A stretch of DNA of 63,476 bases, filler included. It is 3 parts of 3 records of this genome, joined end to end, with 100 filler letters (N's around TTAATTAATTAA, not from the genome) between each part and the next. Parts side by side here need not be neighbours in the genome. Positions count along the whole stretch, not along the records: positions 1 to 31,266 come from SRR31156797_9474; 2 more parts are not named here. One strand, 5' to 3'. Shown in pieces: positions 11,501 to 21,366 of the stretch. The position numbers were made by a program, and so were the translations under genes. The notes under the pieces are model-generated. The model did no database searches, was not told the origin of the DNA, and worked only from the letters and a program-made list of their open reading frames with translations. Within the stretch, counting starts at the first letter, position 1. Each line of letters opens with the position of its first letter.

Positions 11501-12230
11501 CTATCCCCATAAAAAAAACTATGCGAACTCGAAGCGGACTGTTTTGACTTTTAATGACAAATATTAAAACCTGAACATATAACAAAAGACTGATGAAAAT
11601 AAACAATACCGCCCAATTGGCATAAATTGGGTTTGATTTACTGCATTCTCGCGCTGTAAATAAATAATTTCCATCTGCATCATAAAGTTTTACGCCTTTT
11701 ACATCTTTATAAGTACTTATCTCATGACACAAAACCAATGGCAAACTAATGGCATATTCATCATTTAAAAACTCATTATTATAAGGATATTCAGTCTTAA
11801 CACTTACCAAAGTAAAAACATCAAACTCGTTAAAAGGAACACGTTTAACTATGTACCAGGTATTGGATAATTTGACTACTCTTCGGCTTAAAATAGATAT
11901 TTCTTCCTTTTGGTATGGCAATACTTCACCAGTCCATGCACATAAAGAATCATTACGGTAGACCAAAACATCTACGCCTTTAGGTTTATCGGATTCGGTA
12001 GAATCTACCGCATACCATTCCTCACCTAACCTTAACTTTTCTGTAAATGAATTTACAAAACGCTCTGCATCTTTACTTTTCTGGTGTAAAGCATTCTGAA
12101 ACCGTAATGCATTAAATGAATGATGATTATAATTCTCATAAGCCCATGAGAATAAAAAAACCATAAATACCGAAGCAAAAAAAAGTATATACGGCCAATT
12201 AAAAATGTAGTACTTTTTCAATCTGTGCAT
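8544..12230 (-). CDS. Multi-TM sensor histidine kinase (HAMP-HisKA-HATPase, NtrY-like)
   Basis: AWREMARQIAHEIKNPLTP H-box, N box, DNGRGI, GMGLGL. Confidence 0.92.
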   Translation of the reverse strand: MHRLKKYYIFNWPYILFFASVFMVFLFSWAYENYNHHSFNALRFQNALHQKSKDAERFVNSFTEKLRLGEEWYAVDSTESDKPKGVDVLVYRNDSLCAWTGEVLPYQKEEISILSRRVVKLSNTWYIVKRVPFNEFDVFTLVSVKTEYPYNNEFLNDEYAISLPLVLCHEISTYKDVKGVKLYDADGNYLFTARECSKSNPIYANWAVLFIFISLLLYVQVLIFVIKSQNSPLRVRIVFFMGIVVSSILYYFHAKYFFPSIAFETELFSPIYFGASDLFPNMGSMLIFALLVYAKSYVYYKFVGLPSIIVQLPKKTFTCAIVVISAIVSIYASWFVLNKIVALLVSNSASAPILFKITDIGVLDIVRLFIISLLWLSAILLLEKSIKVFLEQLSKKRITWLILVSMSLMVLFSFSTFYILGIVIFLIICLMLVWVTRRKSYHAYNTFIWFVSVFALYAVITFYYYNAQSEKEARKLLIENLSFRLMQEEDPLSELLLKESENSIANDTIIKKEVSKVKINVDKLERYIKRSYLQGYLNRYDVQVVPCWPEGDVHIEDQDRTLGCYDYFDELLLNNGTQVMGSRHFYFLESSSGVETYFGVFKWFENDLQKETRLYIELVAKPYFEGPGYPELLLSERETQLRAPLEGYSYGKYIDGVLVKQSGEFEYPINHNRIVNGDQNFNAYLYEGYSHMTYHPEEGVCVILSLPKVGLSMILVAYSIFFISFFIFGAFLMLITRIKRDRLMYIFSVQERIQIAFIGLMLALLMVIAGGSVWQTIRRFEIKNNQMLSEKTRSVLMELEHKVGYVDEIKPEMEEYLSSLLKKFSSVFYTDINMYDASGRLLASSRPELFNKGLLGHLMNSKGFIELSQKGEREYIHRESIGQLKYLSAYVPLYNMNNELLAYLNMPYFVGTSELREEVSSLVMAIVNFYLIFLIVVIGLTVVVSRRITHPLLVVQNKLSELRLGGRNEKIEYKGNDEIGQLVKEYNRMVDELSESAEKLARSERESAWREMARQIAHEIKNPLTPMKLSIQYLEMAQKNKDADFEQKLKRVSNTLIDQIDKLSSIASEFSNFAKMPIAKRKKVNVLEVLARCVGLFDKSKNVDISVNPNGIESYFIYADAEQLISVFNNLLQNAIQSIPDKKEGVIQVMAEEKGNSILIKVKDNGRGIPAEAQEKLFTPNFTTKTSGMGLGLAIVKNIVKNTNGKIWFETQENEGTTFYVEFPAYDL

Positions 12231-12241
12231 GAGAAAAAAGT

Positions 12242-12715
12242 CTAGTCGTGATGATAAGGTTGATTATTTAAAATTGTCATTGCCCGGTATAATTGTTCTG
12301 TAAAAATAAGTCGAACCATTTGGTGAGAAAAGGTCATCTTAGATAAAGAAATCTTTCCATTGGCCTTATCATAAACATCTTTAGAAAAACCATACGGCCC
12401 TCCAATAACAAAAATTACGCGCTTAATCCCCTGTAACAACTTTCGTTCCACAAAACCTGCAAAACCTCGCGAAGAATATTCTTTGCCTCCCTCATCCAAC
12501 AAAAACACCTCATCTCCGGCCTGAATTTGCTGTAATATTAATTCTCCCTCTTTATTTTTTTGCTGATCTTCAGACATATTCTTTGAATTCTTAATGTCCG
12601 GGATAACCTTTATTTCAAAGGGAATATAGTGCTTTAATCTATCGATATATTTTTTTATTCCTGTTTCTAAATAAGACTCATCCGTCTTTCCTATTAAAAC
12701 TAATATTATTTTCAT
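12242..12715 (-). CDS. rlmH: 23S rRNA m3Psi1915 methyltransferase RlmH
   Basis: LDE.GK, FVIGGPYG, SLSKMTFSHQMVR, EQLYRA, PYHH. Confidence 0.96.
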   Translation of the reverse strand: MKIILVLIGKTDESYLETGIKKYIDRLKHYIPFEIKVIPDIKNSKNMSEDQQKNKEGELILQQIQAGDEVFLLDEGGKEYSSRGFAGFVERKLLQGIKRVIFVIGGPYGFSKDVYDKANGKISLSKMTFSHQMVRLIFTEQLYRAMTILNNQPYHHD

Positions 12716-12893
12716 GCGTATACCAAAATCATTTGAATATTAAAACAAAAATACAAAAACAACGATACTACATGGTTTAATATTTGTAATAGTGTATTTT
12801 TGTTGCTTCAAAGTTGAACAAATATTAAATTACACTATAATCAATTGATGATGGTGAAAACTCCATGTGGCAATAAAAACAAAAAAAAGACAC

Positions 12894-13298
12894 ATGAAAA
12901 CGTATAGATCAACAACATTACGAAAAGTTATTACATCAATAATAATTTTATTTATTTCAGTTAATTTGTTTTCGCAATTTCCAGAAGCAATAACCAAAGC
13001 TACAAGACTAGGAAATGCAGATGAACTGTCGAAATACTTTAATAATAAAATTGAATTAGTTCTTCCGCAAAAATCAGAAGTTTTTAGTAATGCCCAGGCT
13101 AAACTGGTTTTAAGTGATTTTTTTAAAGATAATCCAGTAAATAGTTTTAAAATTATACATCAGGGTATCAGAGAAAATTCTTCTTTTGCAATTGGAAAAT
13201 ATATTAGCGGAAATACGGCATATAGGTTCTATTTTTTAACAAAAACAAAAGACAATAAAACCTATATACATCAATTAAGAATAGAAAAAGAAAAATGA
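12894..13298 (+). CDS. DUF4783 family protein
   Basis: G.A.ELSKYF, QAK.VL.DFF, F.IIHQG, IHQLRIE; sits upstream of nadC as is typical in Bacteroidota. Confidence 0.8.
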   Translation: MKTYRSTTLRKVITSIIILFISVNLFSQFPEAITKATRLGNADELSKYFNNKIELVLPQKSEVFSNAQAKLVLSDFFKDNPVNSFKIIHQGIRENSSFAIGKYISGNTAYRFYFLTKTKDNKTYIHQLRIEKEK

Positions 13299-14140
13299 TT
13301 AAAGAAGAAGTACTCGATCGAATACTAACAAATGCTATTAAAGAAGATATTGGGGATGGAGATCACTCATCTCAAGCTTGTATACCTGAAGATGCTATAG
13401 GAAAAGCCCACCTTTTGGTTAAAGAAGAAGGTATTCTGGCAGGTGTCGATATTGCTCAAAAAGTTTTCAGGAAGTTTGATCCTAACATAAAAATAGATGT
13501 AAATATTACCGATGGAGCACATGTGAAACCTGGAGATATAGCATTTATTGTAGAGGGTAAAGTTTTGGATTTACTCAAAGCCGAAAGATTGGTTTTAAAT
13601 CTGATGCAACGAATGAGTGGAATTGCTACAAGAACCAACATTTATGTTCAAAAACTGGAAGGCCTGAAAACAAAGGTACTCGATACCAGAAAAACTACCC
13701 CCGGGCTAAGAGAAATTGAAAAACTGGCTGTAAAAATCGGTGGAGGTGTCAATCATCGCATTGGATTATATGATATGATAATGCTTAAGGATAATCATAT
13801 TGATTTTGCTGGTGGTATAAAAAATGCTGTTTCTGCGGTTAAGGATTATCTGAACGCGAACAAGAAAGATCTTAAAATTGAAGTTGAGGTTAGAGATTTT
13901 GATGAATTAAATGAAGTTTTAGCTGTTGGTGGTATCCATAGAATTATGCTCGATAATTTTTCGGCAGAAGATACCACAAAGGCGGTCAAATTAATAGATG
14001 GTCGATACGAGACAGAATCTTCCGGAGGAATTACGCTTGATATGCTGCGCGAATATGCAGAGTGTGGCGTTGATTATATTTCTGTAGGTGCACTCACTCA
14101 CCATATTAAAAGTCTTGACTTGAGTTTAAAAGCGATTTAG
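13295..14140 (+). CDS. nadC: Nicotinate-nucleotide diphosphorylase (carboxylating)
   Basis: DTRKTTPG, NHR.GLYD, KDNH, EVEV, MLDN, SVGALTH. Confidence 0.97.
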   Translation: MIKEEVLDRILTNAIKEDIGDGDHSSQACIPEDAIGKAHLLVKEEGILAGVDIAQKVFRKFDPNIKIDVNITDGAHVKPGDIAFIVEGKVLDLLKAERLVLNLMQRMSGIATRTNIYVQKLEGLKTKVLDTRKTTPGLREIEKLAVKIGGGVNHRIGLYDMIMLKDNHIDFAGGIKNAVSAVKDYLNANKKDLKIEVEVRDFDELNEVLAVGGIHRIMLDNFSAEDTTKAVKLIDGRYETESSGGITLDMLREYAECGVDYISVGALTHHIKSLDLSLKAI

Positions 14141-14161
14141 TTTACATAAACATAAAATTAG

Positions 14162-14193
14162 AAGCCACTTACGTAAAGTATGTGGCTTTTTTT
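14162..14193 (+). terminator. Intrinsic terminator after nadC
   Basis: AAGCCAC...GTGGCTT followed by a T tract. Confidence 0.75.
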
Positions 14194-14355
14194 ATGGCAT
14201 AATTTCCAATAATTTATTAAATTTATGATAAACCCTCCTTTTGAAATACACACAGGAAGCTGTCTTTCCACAATCAATCAGGTCGGGTTAAACAAAAAAT
14301 AGTTGGTAAAACTTCATGTTTACAGCGGTATGTATAACTTTGAAAATTGAAGTAT

Positions 14356-14727
14356 ATGAAAAATGGTTCTATACACTTAGTTGATCTTGAATTTGAATAT
14401 AAAATTTGGAAAAAAAGACTGAATGCATTTTTAGCAGAAGTGGATATTTTACTAGATCGAAATATTCACTTAACTCCGGAAAGAAAACGCAATGCTTTAA
14501 ACTCTATTGAACTCATAGCACTTGAAGAACACAAAGACTCTCTTGAAAAGTTGAAAAACAAAATTGAAATCAAAGAGCAAGAGTTAACTTTCTACAATAA
14601 AGATTTTCCAATTACAGAAGAACATGAGTATTTCCTTGAACATCTTGAAATGAGAAAATTGAATGATCGTACACTCCAAATTCATATTGACAGAGTGAAT
14701 GACATTGTTCACGCAATCGGTGCTTAA
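14356..14727 (+). CDS. Hypothetical coiled-coil protein
   Basis: ~123 aa ORF just downstream of a TAACTTTG promoter motif (14336-14343). Confidence 0.65.
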   Translation: MKNGSIHLVDLEFEYKIWKKRLNAFLAEVDILLDRNIHLTPERKRNALNSIELIALEEHKDSLEKLKNKIEIKEQELTFYNKDFPITEEHEYFLEHLEMRKLNDRTLQIHIDRVNDIVHAIGA

Positions 14728-14879
14728 TCAGACCAATTGGTCTACCAACTACTCACAACACACATAAACTACACCATCCAAATCAACCACAACTTATATA
14801 TTATCAAATTGTAAAGTAAGTATTCCTTTCATAAAAAAGTGTAAATTGCAATCTGAATCAATATTTTAATGTTAAATAC

Positions 14880-15923
14880 ATGCAACGATCACTTTTGTTT
14901 TATCTGTTTTTAATAGTTATTATCAGCAGCTGTACTTTTCAAAATAAAAAGAGCAGTACAGTTAACTCAAAACATCTGGTAGCCTTCTATAATCTTGAAA
15001 ATTTGTTTGATACCATCAATACGCCCAATGTAAATGATGGTGAATTTACACCGGAAGGTTCACGTAAATGGGACTCTCAAAAGTATCTTTCTAAACAAGC
15101 CAATATGAGTAAAGTTATAGCTGATTTAGGAAAAGACTTAAATTTAAATGGCCCTTCCATTATTGGACTTTGCGAAGTAGAAAACAAACAAGTTATTGTT
15201 GATCTTATAAATCAAGCTCCACTTAAAGCAATGGGTTACCAGATACTGCACTATGATTCTCCGGACAAAAGAGGAATTGATGTAGCTCTGCTTTACAAAA
15301 AAGACATTTTCAATATTATAAATTCAAGAATCTTTCCACTATATATTTATGATAAGGAAGGTAACGAAAGAATTTATACCAGAGATCAGTTACTCGTATC
15401 AGGTACCTTAAATGATGAAACCGTACATATAATTGTAAATCATTGGCCGAGTCGATATGGTGGAAAAAAAAGAAGTATCCCTAACAGAAAAGCAGCAGCT
15501 CTCTTGAACAGACAAATCATAGATTCCCTAATTCAAGAAAACGCAGATGCCAAAATAATTACCATGGGTGATTTAAACGACGATCCCATTGATGAATCGG
15601 TGCGAGTTCATTTAAATACTACTGCTTATAGGGATAGCTTATCTGAGAACAGATTATTTAATCCTTTGGCTAAAGACTTTGACTATAGCAAAGGAAGCCT
15701 TTACTACAGAGGCAAATGGAATCTATTTGATCAGATTATCCTATCACAAGGTCTGCTTAAAAATAAAGGCTTGCAATATGACACTGCCTTTGTATATAAA
15801 AAACCTTACTTGATACAACAAGACGGCAAATATAAAGGGTATTTATTAAGGACATATGGAGGTAAAACATACCTGAATGGTTATAGCGACCACCTACCGG
15901 TTTGTTTAGTATTATCCGAATAA
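14880..15923 (+). CDS. Endonuclease/exonuclease/phosphatase family lipoprotein
   Basis: FYNLENLFD, CEVEN, NHWPSR, GDLND, GYSDHLPV. Confidence 0.9.
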   Translation: MQRSLLFYLFLIVIISSCTFQNKKSSTVNSKHLVAFYNLENLFDTINTPNVNDGEFTPEGSRKWDSQKYLSKQANMSKVIADLGKDLNLNGPSIIGLCEVENKQVIVDLINQAPLKAMGYQILHYDSPDKRGIDVALLYKKDIFNIINSRIFPLYIYDKEGNERIYTRDQLLVSGTLNDETVHIIVNHWPSRYGGKKRSIPNRKAAALLNRQIIDSLIQENADAKIITMGDLNDDPIDESVRVHLNTTAYRDSLSENRLFNPLAKDFDYSKGSLYYRGKWNLFDQIILSQGLLKNKGLQYDTAFVYKKPYLIQQDGKYKGYLLRTYGGKTYLNGYSDHLPVCLVLSE

Positions 15924-15955
15924 AAAATTTTATTTTTGCCCTAAAGTAAAGATTT

Positions 15956-16387
15956 ATGGCAAGAGGAAAAGGAAAGAAAAACATTGGAGGTTCAGCGGGT
16001 CAGAATAGAAAAAAGTCTGAAGAGTTTTTGCTAAACAACAGCAACAAGCCCAATATCCTAGAAACGGATTCAGGGCTACAGTATGAAGTAATTAAAGAAG
16101 GTGATGGCGAAACACCGGCTCCAAATGATATTGTACGAGTACATCAGCGAGCGATGTTACTTGGTGGAAAAATTCTAGATGACACATACAAGGAAAATGC
16201 TCCTATGGAATTTAAACTGGATGAAGTTATTGAAGGATATCAGGAAGGACTTTTAATGATGAAAACTGGTGCCAGATACAAATTATATGTACCGCCAGAA
16301 TTAGGTTGGGGCAAAAAAGGATCTGGTGGCAGAATTGGCCCCTTTGCTGTTGTTATTTTTGATGTGACACTACTGGAAATACTATAA
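15956..16387 (+). CDS. FKBP-type peptidyl-prolyl cis-trans isomerase
   Basis: SGLQYEVIKEG.G, VIEG..EGL.LM..G, PPELGWG, FDV.LL. Confidence 0.92.
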   Translation: MARGKGKKNIGGSAGQNRKKSEEFLLNNSNKPNILETDSGLQYEVIKEGDGETPAPNDIVRVHQRAMLLGGKILDDTYKENAPMEFKLDEVIEGYQEGLLMMKTGARYKLYVPPELGWGKKGSGGRIGPFAVVIFDVTLLEIL

Positions 16388-17404
16388 TACCGGTTGATTT
16401 TCTTTCAGCAGTTCATTTAAAACAGGTTCAATTTTATCGGATCGTATTAATTCGTTATTATTTTGAGATAAAATATATTGGTGAGTTCCATTGGAGCTGA
16501 CTTCTATTTTCCAGTCACTACCTTCTCCTACTGCTTTAAAGCCTAATCGGTTCAATGCCCTTGACATCCAATCGCAAGCAATACCTTGTCCACTCAAAAC
16601 AACATCTTTTCTTTTCATTTTATGATATCGAAAAGTTCCGGTATGATTATCAAATAATATCCCTTCTCTTTCGAAAAAACATTTAAAATCATTGGACAAG
16701 ACTAAATCTTCCGGTATACCTTCCTGCAAAGTACGACCTTGAGCCAACAACCATATTTTATCCGCAATTTGCAATGCCATTTCTAAATCATGTGTCGATA
16801 ATAAAATACCTCTGTTCTGTTCTCTGGATAATCTTCGAAGCAATTGCATAATTTCAATTTTGGCAGGTAAATCCAAAAAAGCAGCCGGTTCATCCAAAAT
16901 AATAAAAGGAGTTTCCTGAACCAAAGCCTTAGCAATCATAGCCTTCTGACATTCACCATCACTCATCTTATCTAAAGATTTGTAGGTATAGCCCTCTAAA
17001 CCTACCTCTTCGATAGCTTTATGCACCTTTTCAATATCTGATTTCATCAGCTTTCCAAAGAAACCTGTATATGGAGTTCGTCCTAAAGAAACCAGCTCAA
17101 AAACAGTTAAATTTGGAACGCTCAGTTTATCTGTTAAAACAACACTCACCTTTTTTGAACGCTGCGCTTCAGATAAATGATCGATTTTAGTTTCTCCGTA
17201 CCATATATTACCGGACAAAGGCTTCAAAAAGCCAGATAATGTTTTTATCAATGTCGATTTTCCAGCTCCATTTGGCCCCAGAATACAAGTAAATTCACCT
17301 GCACGAACTTGCACATCAATATTCTGATGTAAAGGAGCAGCATGCTTGTCATACCCCACAGCTAGGTTTTCAGCTTTTAAATTTAATACGTCTCTATTTT
17401 TCAT
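16382..17404 (-). CDS. btuD: Cobalamin/iron ABC transporter ATP-binding protein (BtuD/FecE-like)
   Basis: GPNGAGKST, MSDGECQK, LDEP, STHD; downstream of a B12 riboswitch. Confidence 0.85.
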   Translation of the reverse strand: MKNRDVLNLKAENLAVGYDKHAAPLHQNIDVQVRAGEFTCILGPNGAGKSTLIKTLSGFLKPLSGNIWYGETKIDHLSEAQRSKKVSVVLTDKLSVPNLTVFELVSLGRTPYTGFFGKLMKSDIEKVHKAIEEVGLEGYTYKSLDKMSDGECQKAMIAKALVQETPFIILDEPAAFLDLPAKIEIMQLLRRLSREQNRGILLSTHDLEMALQIADKIWLLAQGRTLQEGIPEDLVLSNDFKCFFEREGILFDNHTGTFRYHKMKRKDVVLSGQGIACDWMSRALNRLGFKAVGEGSDWKIEVSSNGTHQYILSQNNNELIRSDKIEPVLNELLKENQPVL

Positions 17405-17410
17405 ACACCT

Positions 17411-18457
17411 CTATTCTTTCAACGTACGTCTTTTTAATATAACCGAAACAACAATGGGGGCACCAATCAAGGAAGTAACTGCATTTATAGGCAGCGTACC
17501 TTCAAAACCAGGTAGTCTTGCAATTAAATTGCAGAGCAACGCTAAAACAGCTCCAAATAAAATAACGGCAGGTATTAGAACTGAATGATCAGCTGATTTA
17601 AAAAAGCCCTTTGATAGATGTGGAACAGCCAGACCTAGAAAGGCTATTGGACCACAAAATGCAGTTATAGTTGCAGTTAAAAGTCCTGTCACCATTAAAA
17701 TAGAAAACCTCGATCTTTTAATATTAATGCCTAGATTCATCGCATAATTTTCGCCAAGCAACAATACATTTAAAGGTTTAATTAAGAACAAACTTCCTAC
17801 TAAGCCAACAATTGTTAAAGGCGTGAAGATGACATGCTTTTCCCATGATAAGTTTTGAAAGGAACCTAAGCCCCAAAGCACAAATGTCTGAATATCTTCC
17901 TTTGAACTCATAAACTGCAATAAGCCAACAATAGCACTAGATGCATATCCGACCATTATACCTACAATGAGGAGCATTGCATTATTTTTTAGTTTACGTG
18001 CTAAGAATAACACCACAAATAAAATTAATATAGCACCTAAAAAAGCAGCTGCAGTTATAGTCAGCGAACCATACCAACCCAATGTTGACAATGAAACTCC
18101 TTGTAAAATTCCAAATAACATAACAACCACCGCCACTCCAAGACCAGCCCCGGAGCTAATCCCAAGAATAGACGGACCTGCTAAAGGATTTCTGAACAAA
18201 GTCTGCATTTGTAATCCTCCTGCAGCTAAACCCGCTCCTGCCAACATTGCTGTGATCGTTTGAGGCAATCTGGATTTGGTTAAAATATTGTGCCATATTT
18301 CATTATCTATTTCAAAGCCTACCATCCATTTCAATACTGTAGAAAAAGGAATATAAACGGATCCTAATGAAATATTTAATGCCACTAACAACACTAATGC
18401 AACAAGCAACATAACGAATGCTATTCGTTTTCGATTCTTTGCCACCTCTCCTTGCAT
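17411..18457 (-). CDS. btuC: Cobalamin/iron ABC transporter permease (FecCD/BtuC family)
   Basis: RLP, MQTLFRNPLAGPSILGISSGA, GPIAFLGLAVPH. Confidence 0.88.
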   Translation of the reverse strand: MQGEVAKNRKRIAFVMLLVALVLLVALNISLGSVYIPFSTVLKWMVGFEIDNEIWHNILTKSRLPQTITAMLAGAGLAAGGLQMQTLFRNPLAGPSILGISSGAGLGVAVVVMLFGILQGVSLSTLGWYGSLTITAAAFLGAILILFVVLFLARKLKNNAMLLIVGIMVGYASSAIVGLLQFMSSKEDIQTFVLWGLGSFQNLSWEKHVIFTPLTIVGLVGSLFLIKPLNVLLLGENYAMNLGINIKRSRFSILMVTGLLTATITAFCGPIAFLGLAVPHLSKGFFKSADHSVLIPAVILFGAVLALLCNLIARLPGFEGTLPINAVTSLIGAPIVVSVILKRRTLKE

Positions 18458-18459
18458 GC

Positions 18460-19596
18460 TTAATCCTTATCTAAAATTTGATAATAGCTTAACTCATGTT
18501 CCGGTAATAGTTCCGGATGGAAAAGTTTGATGTAATCGCACAAAATAACATCAGGCTCCAATAAACCTTTTTCGTAAATTAAGGAATAGCTCGTATTGGA
18601 ATAAACTACTTTTTTATCAGCAAAAGGCTTAAAATCTTCATATCTGACATCTTCATTTTTAAGGGCACTATAACTGTATTCGCCATCATAGTTGACCATT
18701 AAACTCCAAAAATCACAATCAGCACCCTGTGCGTAAACTGTTTCAAAATCGTAAGCCAAAGAACCTGTACCTGGTTTATCTTTAAAAATATAGTTTACTC
18801 CTGCATCTTTTAAAAAGTTGGCATTATAACTTTGTGCAGCAGGAACATACCATACGCCCTGAAAAATTTTACCTGTCATTACTTTAGGCTTGTGTATGGC
18901 ATTTTTCGCAATATTTTTTGCTTTTTCATAGCGACTAGCTACATCCTTAACAATTTGAATAGCTTGTTCTTCCTTATTAAAGAAGGCGGAGACATATACT
19001 AACCACTCTACTCTACCTAAAGGCGTATTTTCAAGATAGCTACTATTAGTACACAAGCGAATTCCTGCATTTCGAGCAGGCCCGTATAAATCTTCTTTAA
19101 AAGGTGAAATCATCATCATATCCGGATTTAAAGCAATCAAGATTTCCAAGTCTGGGGAATAAGCTTTCCCAATATTTTTAATGCTTCCTTCTTTTATTCC
19201 GTCTTGTACCTTTTGATTGGATACATATTCCGGTTCTGCCATTCCTACTAGCTGATCAAGCACATTTATTTTATGAGCATAGCTAATTTGAGTAGACGTT
19301 AATGCAACCCATTTTTTAACAGGAATCTCAATAGAGGATGGATTTTGTTTTAGAATATTTTTATCTGCAGATAATATTGTTTCAATGGCAGGAGCAAGAG
19401 AATCCCATGGCTGTTGTACCAATATTCTTTTATAGTTAGGGTAATATTCAATCTTAAATCGATTAGCATATGATGGAATATAAACCGAATCCGGTTCTTG
19501 AGATAATCCTTTTTGCTGTTTTACTTTAGAATTATTCCCACAAGCGCTTAAAAGGATCATGAGTAGAATAAATCCCCATCCTGTTTTCAATGTCAT
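18460..19596 (-). CDS. btuF: Cobalamin ABC transporter substrate-binding lipoprotein (BtuF-like)
   Basis: Lipobox LSAC, ENTPLGRVEW, EPDVIL.D..K.FHPELL; probable start MTLK at 19596. Confidence 0.82.
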   Translation of the reverse strand: MTLKTGWGFILLMILLSACGNNSKVKQQKGLSQEPDSVYIPSYANRFKIEYYPNYKRILVQQPWDSLAPAIETILSADKNILKQNPSSIEIPVKKWVALTSTQISYAHKINVLDQLVGMAEPEYVSNQKVQDGIKEGSIKNIGKAYSPDLEILIALNPDMMMISPFKEDLYGPARNAGIRLCTNSSYLENTPLGRVEWLVYVSAFFNKEEQAIQIVKDVASRYEKAKNIAKNAIHKPKVMTGKIFQGVWYVPAAQSYNANFLKDAGVNYIFKDKPGTGSLAYDFETVYAQGADCDFWSLMVNYDGEYSYSALKNEDVRYEDFKPFADKKVVYSNTSYSLIYEKGLLEPDVILCDYIKLFHPELLPEHELSYYQILDKD

Positions 19597-19660
19597 TACT
19601 TTAACCTCCCGAAAGTTATCATCGCTACTTTTACCTAAAAAGCACATTATTTAAATTTAC

Positions 19661-19822
19661 ATGTGGCAGGTTTTCCGACTTTCTTTTTTGAGCACCTTCC
19701 CATTGAACTGGTTCAACAGTGGATTTACACTCACCTGAAAAAGGTAGAATACGGCTGCGGGCACAGTTCCTGACTTTTACTTTGTAATTACAGGATTCCC
19801 TATTAAGAAATATTCACCACAA
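19661..19822 (-). ncRNA. Cobalamin riboswitch
   Basis: Minus strand reads TAATAGGGAATCCTG...CAGGAACTGTGCCCGCAGCCGTA...CCACTG...TGGGAAGGTG...AGTCGGAAAACCTGCC, i.e. the B12-element core motifs in order, upstream of btuFCD. Confidence 0.93.
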
Positions 19823-19852
19823 CTGGCACAAAAGTACATTAAATTTTAACAC

Positions 19853-19885
19853 AAAAAAAGGTCATTGCTAAGCGCAACAACCTTT
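19853..19885 (-). terminator. Probable intrinsic terminator after the small Cse60-like gene
   Basis: Imperfect AAAGGT..TTGC/GCAA..ACCTTT hairpin with an A tract on the plus strand. Confidence 0.5.
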
Positions 19886-19910
19886 GATATTTATTCGATA
19901 ATTAAACTAT

Positions 19911-20102
19911 CTATTCTTTAAATATGATTAATGCAGAATAAGTATTTACTCCCTGACTTGAGTGTGCCGAATACTTAATATCAATAATTTGTTCCGAACC
20001 GATATTATTCTCTATTACATAGTCATTAATCTGCAAATCGATAGCTTTATCAAAATCATCTACTCCGGTATATTGAAAATGCTTTGTTTTTACCTTACCC
20101 AT
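19911..20102 (-). CDS. Small protein resembling the Cse60/DUF2758 family
   Basis: K.K.F...D.D..IN.....QIIDIKYS...YSALIIFK pattern; has its own terminator. Confidence 0.6.
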   Translation of the reverse strand: MGKVKTKHFQYTGVDDFDKAIDLQINDYVIENNIGSEQIIDIKYSAHSSQGVNTYSALIIFKE

Positions 20103-20213
20103 AATTATTGATTTTTTATATAATTAGTAATTGAACACTATAAGATACGCAAAGTCATTTAAATGGATTCAAAAAACATTAACATTTTTTTACGAAAAAC
20201 AACTCAGCTTTGA

Positions 20214-21248
20214 CTACTGAACTGACATCCACGAAGTAAAGCGCTGGAATTCCTGATGATTATCAGACATCCACAATAGCACATCATCATTATATCGACA
20301 ACCACTAATAAAATAGCTAAATGGTTCAGATAAATTATTATTTTCAATTTTTGTAAAGAAATCTACATAAAAGTCCCACCAAAAGCCAGATTTATCCTGG
20401 GAAGCTTCTTCTAATATTTTAAACAAAGTCTCATTATTTTTCGCAAAATTTACGAGTAAATTATTTCTTATCTCAGCTTCTTTATTCAGTTCACCCTGAT
20501 TAATCTTCTCATTCACTTTTATGAGACTTACAGCTAATTCAGCTGTAGCAAATTCACTATAATTAAAGCCAGACTGTACTAACTGAATATCTCTTTGCCC
20601 TTTGCTTCTCACACCTTGATTCCACAAAGCGCCTAATAATTCGTAAGCAGTAGAACTTCTTTCACTATCTTGTTCAATCAAAAGAAAATAATAAAGAGGC
20701 AGCATACTTTGTACTCTTTCTCCCATATCAAACATGATATAAGCTAATAATAAATGACTGCTCGCATGTGCAGGATATAACTCAATTGCTCTTACAGCGT
20801 ATTCCTGCGCTTCTTTAAAATCCTTATTATTAAAAAAGGACAACGATAAATTATAGTTTATAAGATAGTTATTTGGGAACTTTTTAAGACCGTCCTTATA
20901 AACCCTTCGTGCTTTCTCATTTCGCCCAATATTTTCCCAAGCCGAACCATTGATTAAATAAGCATCTTCACAATACTCATTATCCTTATCCATCAATTTT
21001 GAGCTATAAATTGCTGCTTTATCATCATCTCTTAAAGCCAGATATGTTAAGGCCAACTCATAACATGCCACATCTGAAGTTTTATCCATTTTATATGCCT
21101 GCTTGAACCACGAAAGTGCATTCTCATACTTTCCCATCTCATAATCGGCAACACCTCTGGATAATATCACATCAAAATCAGAATTTTGAGCCTTCGTAGT
21201 CTGAGCTAGAGTTAACACTCCAATTAAAATCAATACAATTCCCTTCAT
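20214..21248 (-). CDS. Exported tetratricopeptide repeat protein
   Basis: Signal peptide MKGIVLILIG...; TPR-like helices (YELALTYL, YNLSLSF). Confidence 0.8.
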   Translation of the reverse strand: MKGIVLILIGVLTLAQTTKAQNSDFDVILSRGVADYEMGKYENALSWFKQAYKMDKTSDVACYELALTYLALRDDDKAAIYSSKLMDKDNEYCEDAYLINGSAWENIGRNEKARRVYKDGLKKFPNNYLINYNLSLSFFNNKDFKEAQEYAVRAIELYPAHASSHLLLAYIMFDMGERVQSMLPLYYFLLIEQDSERSSTAYELLGALWNQGVRSKGQRDIQLVQSGFNYSEFATAELAVSLIKVNEKINQGELNKEAEIRNNLLVNFAKNNETLFKILEEASQDKSGFWWDFYVDFFTKIENNNLSEPFSYFISGCRYNDDVLLWMSDNHQEFQRFTSWMSVQ

Positions 21249-21366
21249 TTCTCTCTTCAATTAAATCTTATTTTAAAAAGTATAAAAATAAGTATCTGTA
21301 ACACAACTTTAATATTACGCATTTTTTGCGGGGATGTTTTATGTAACTTTCAGGCTTTTTTGATTT

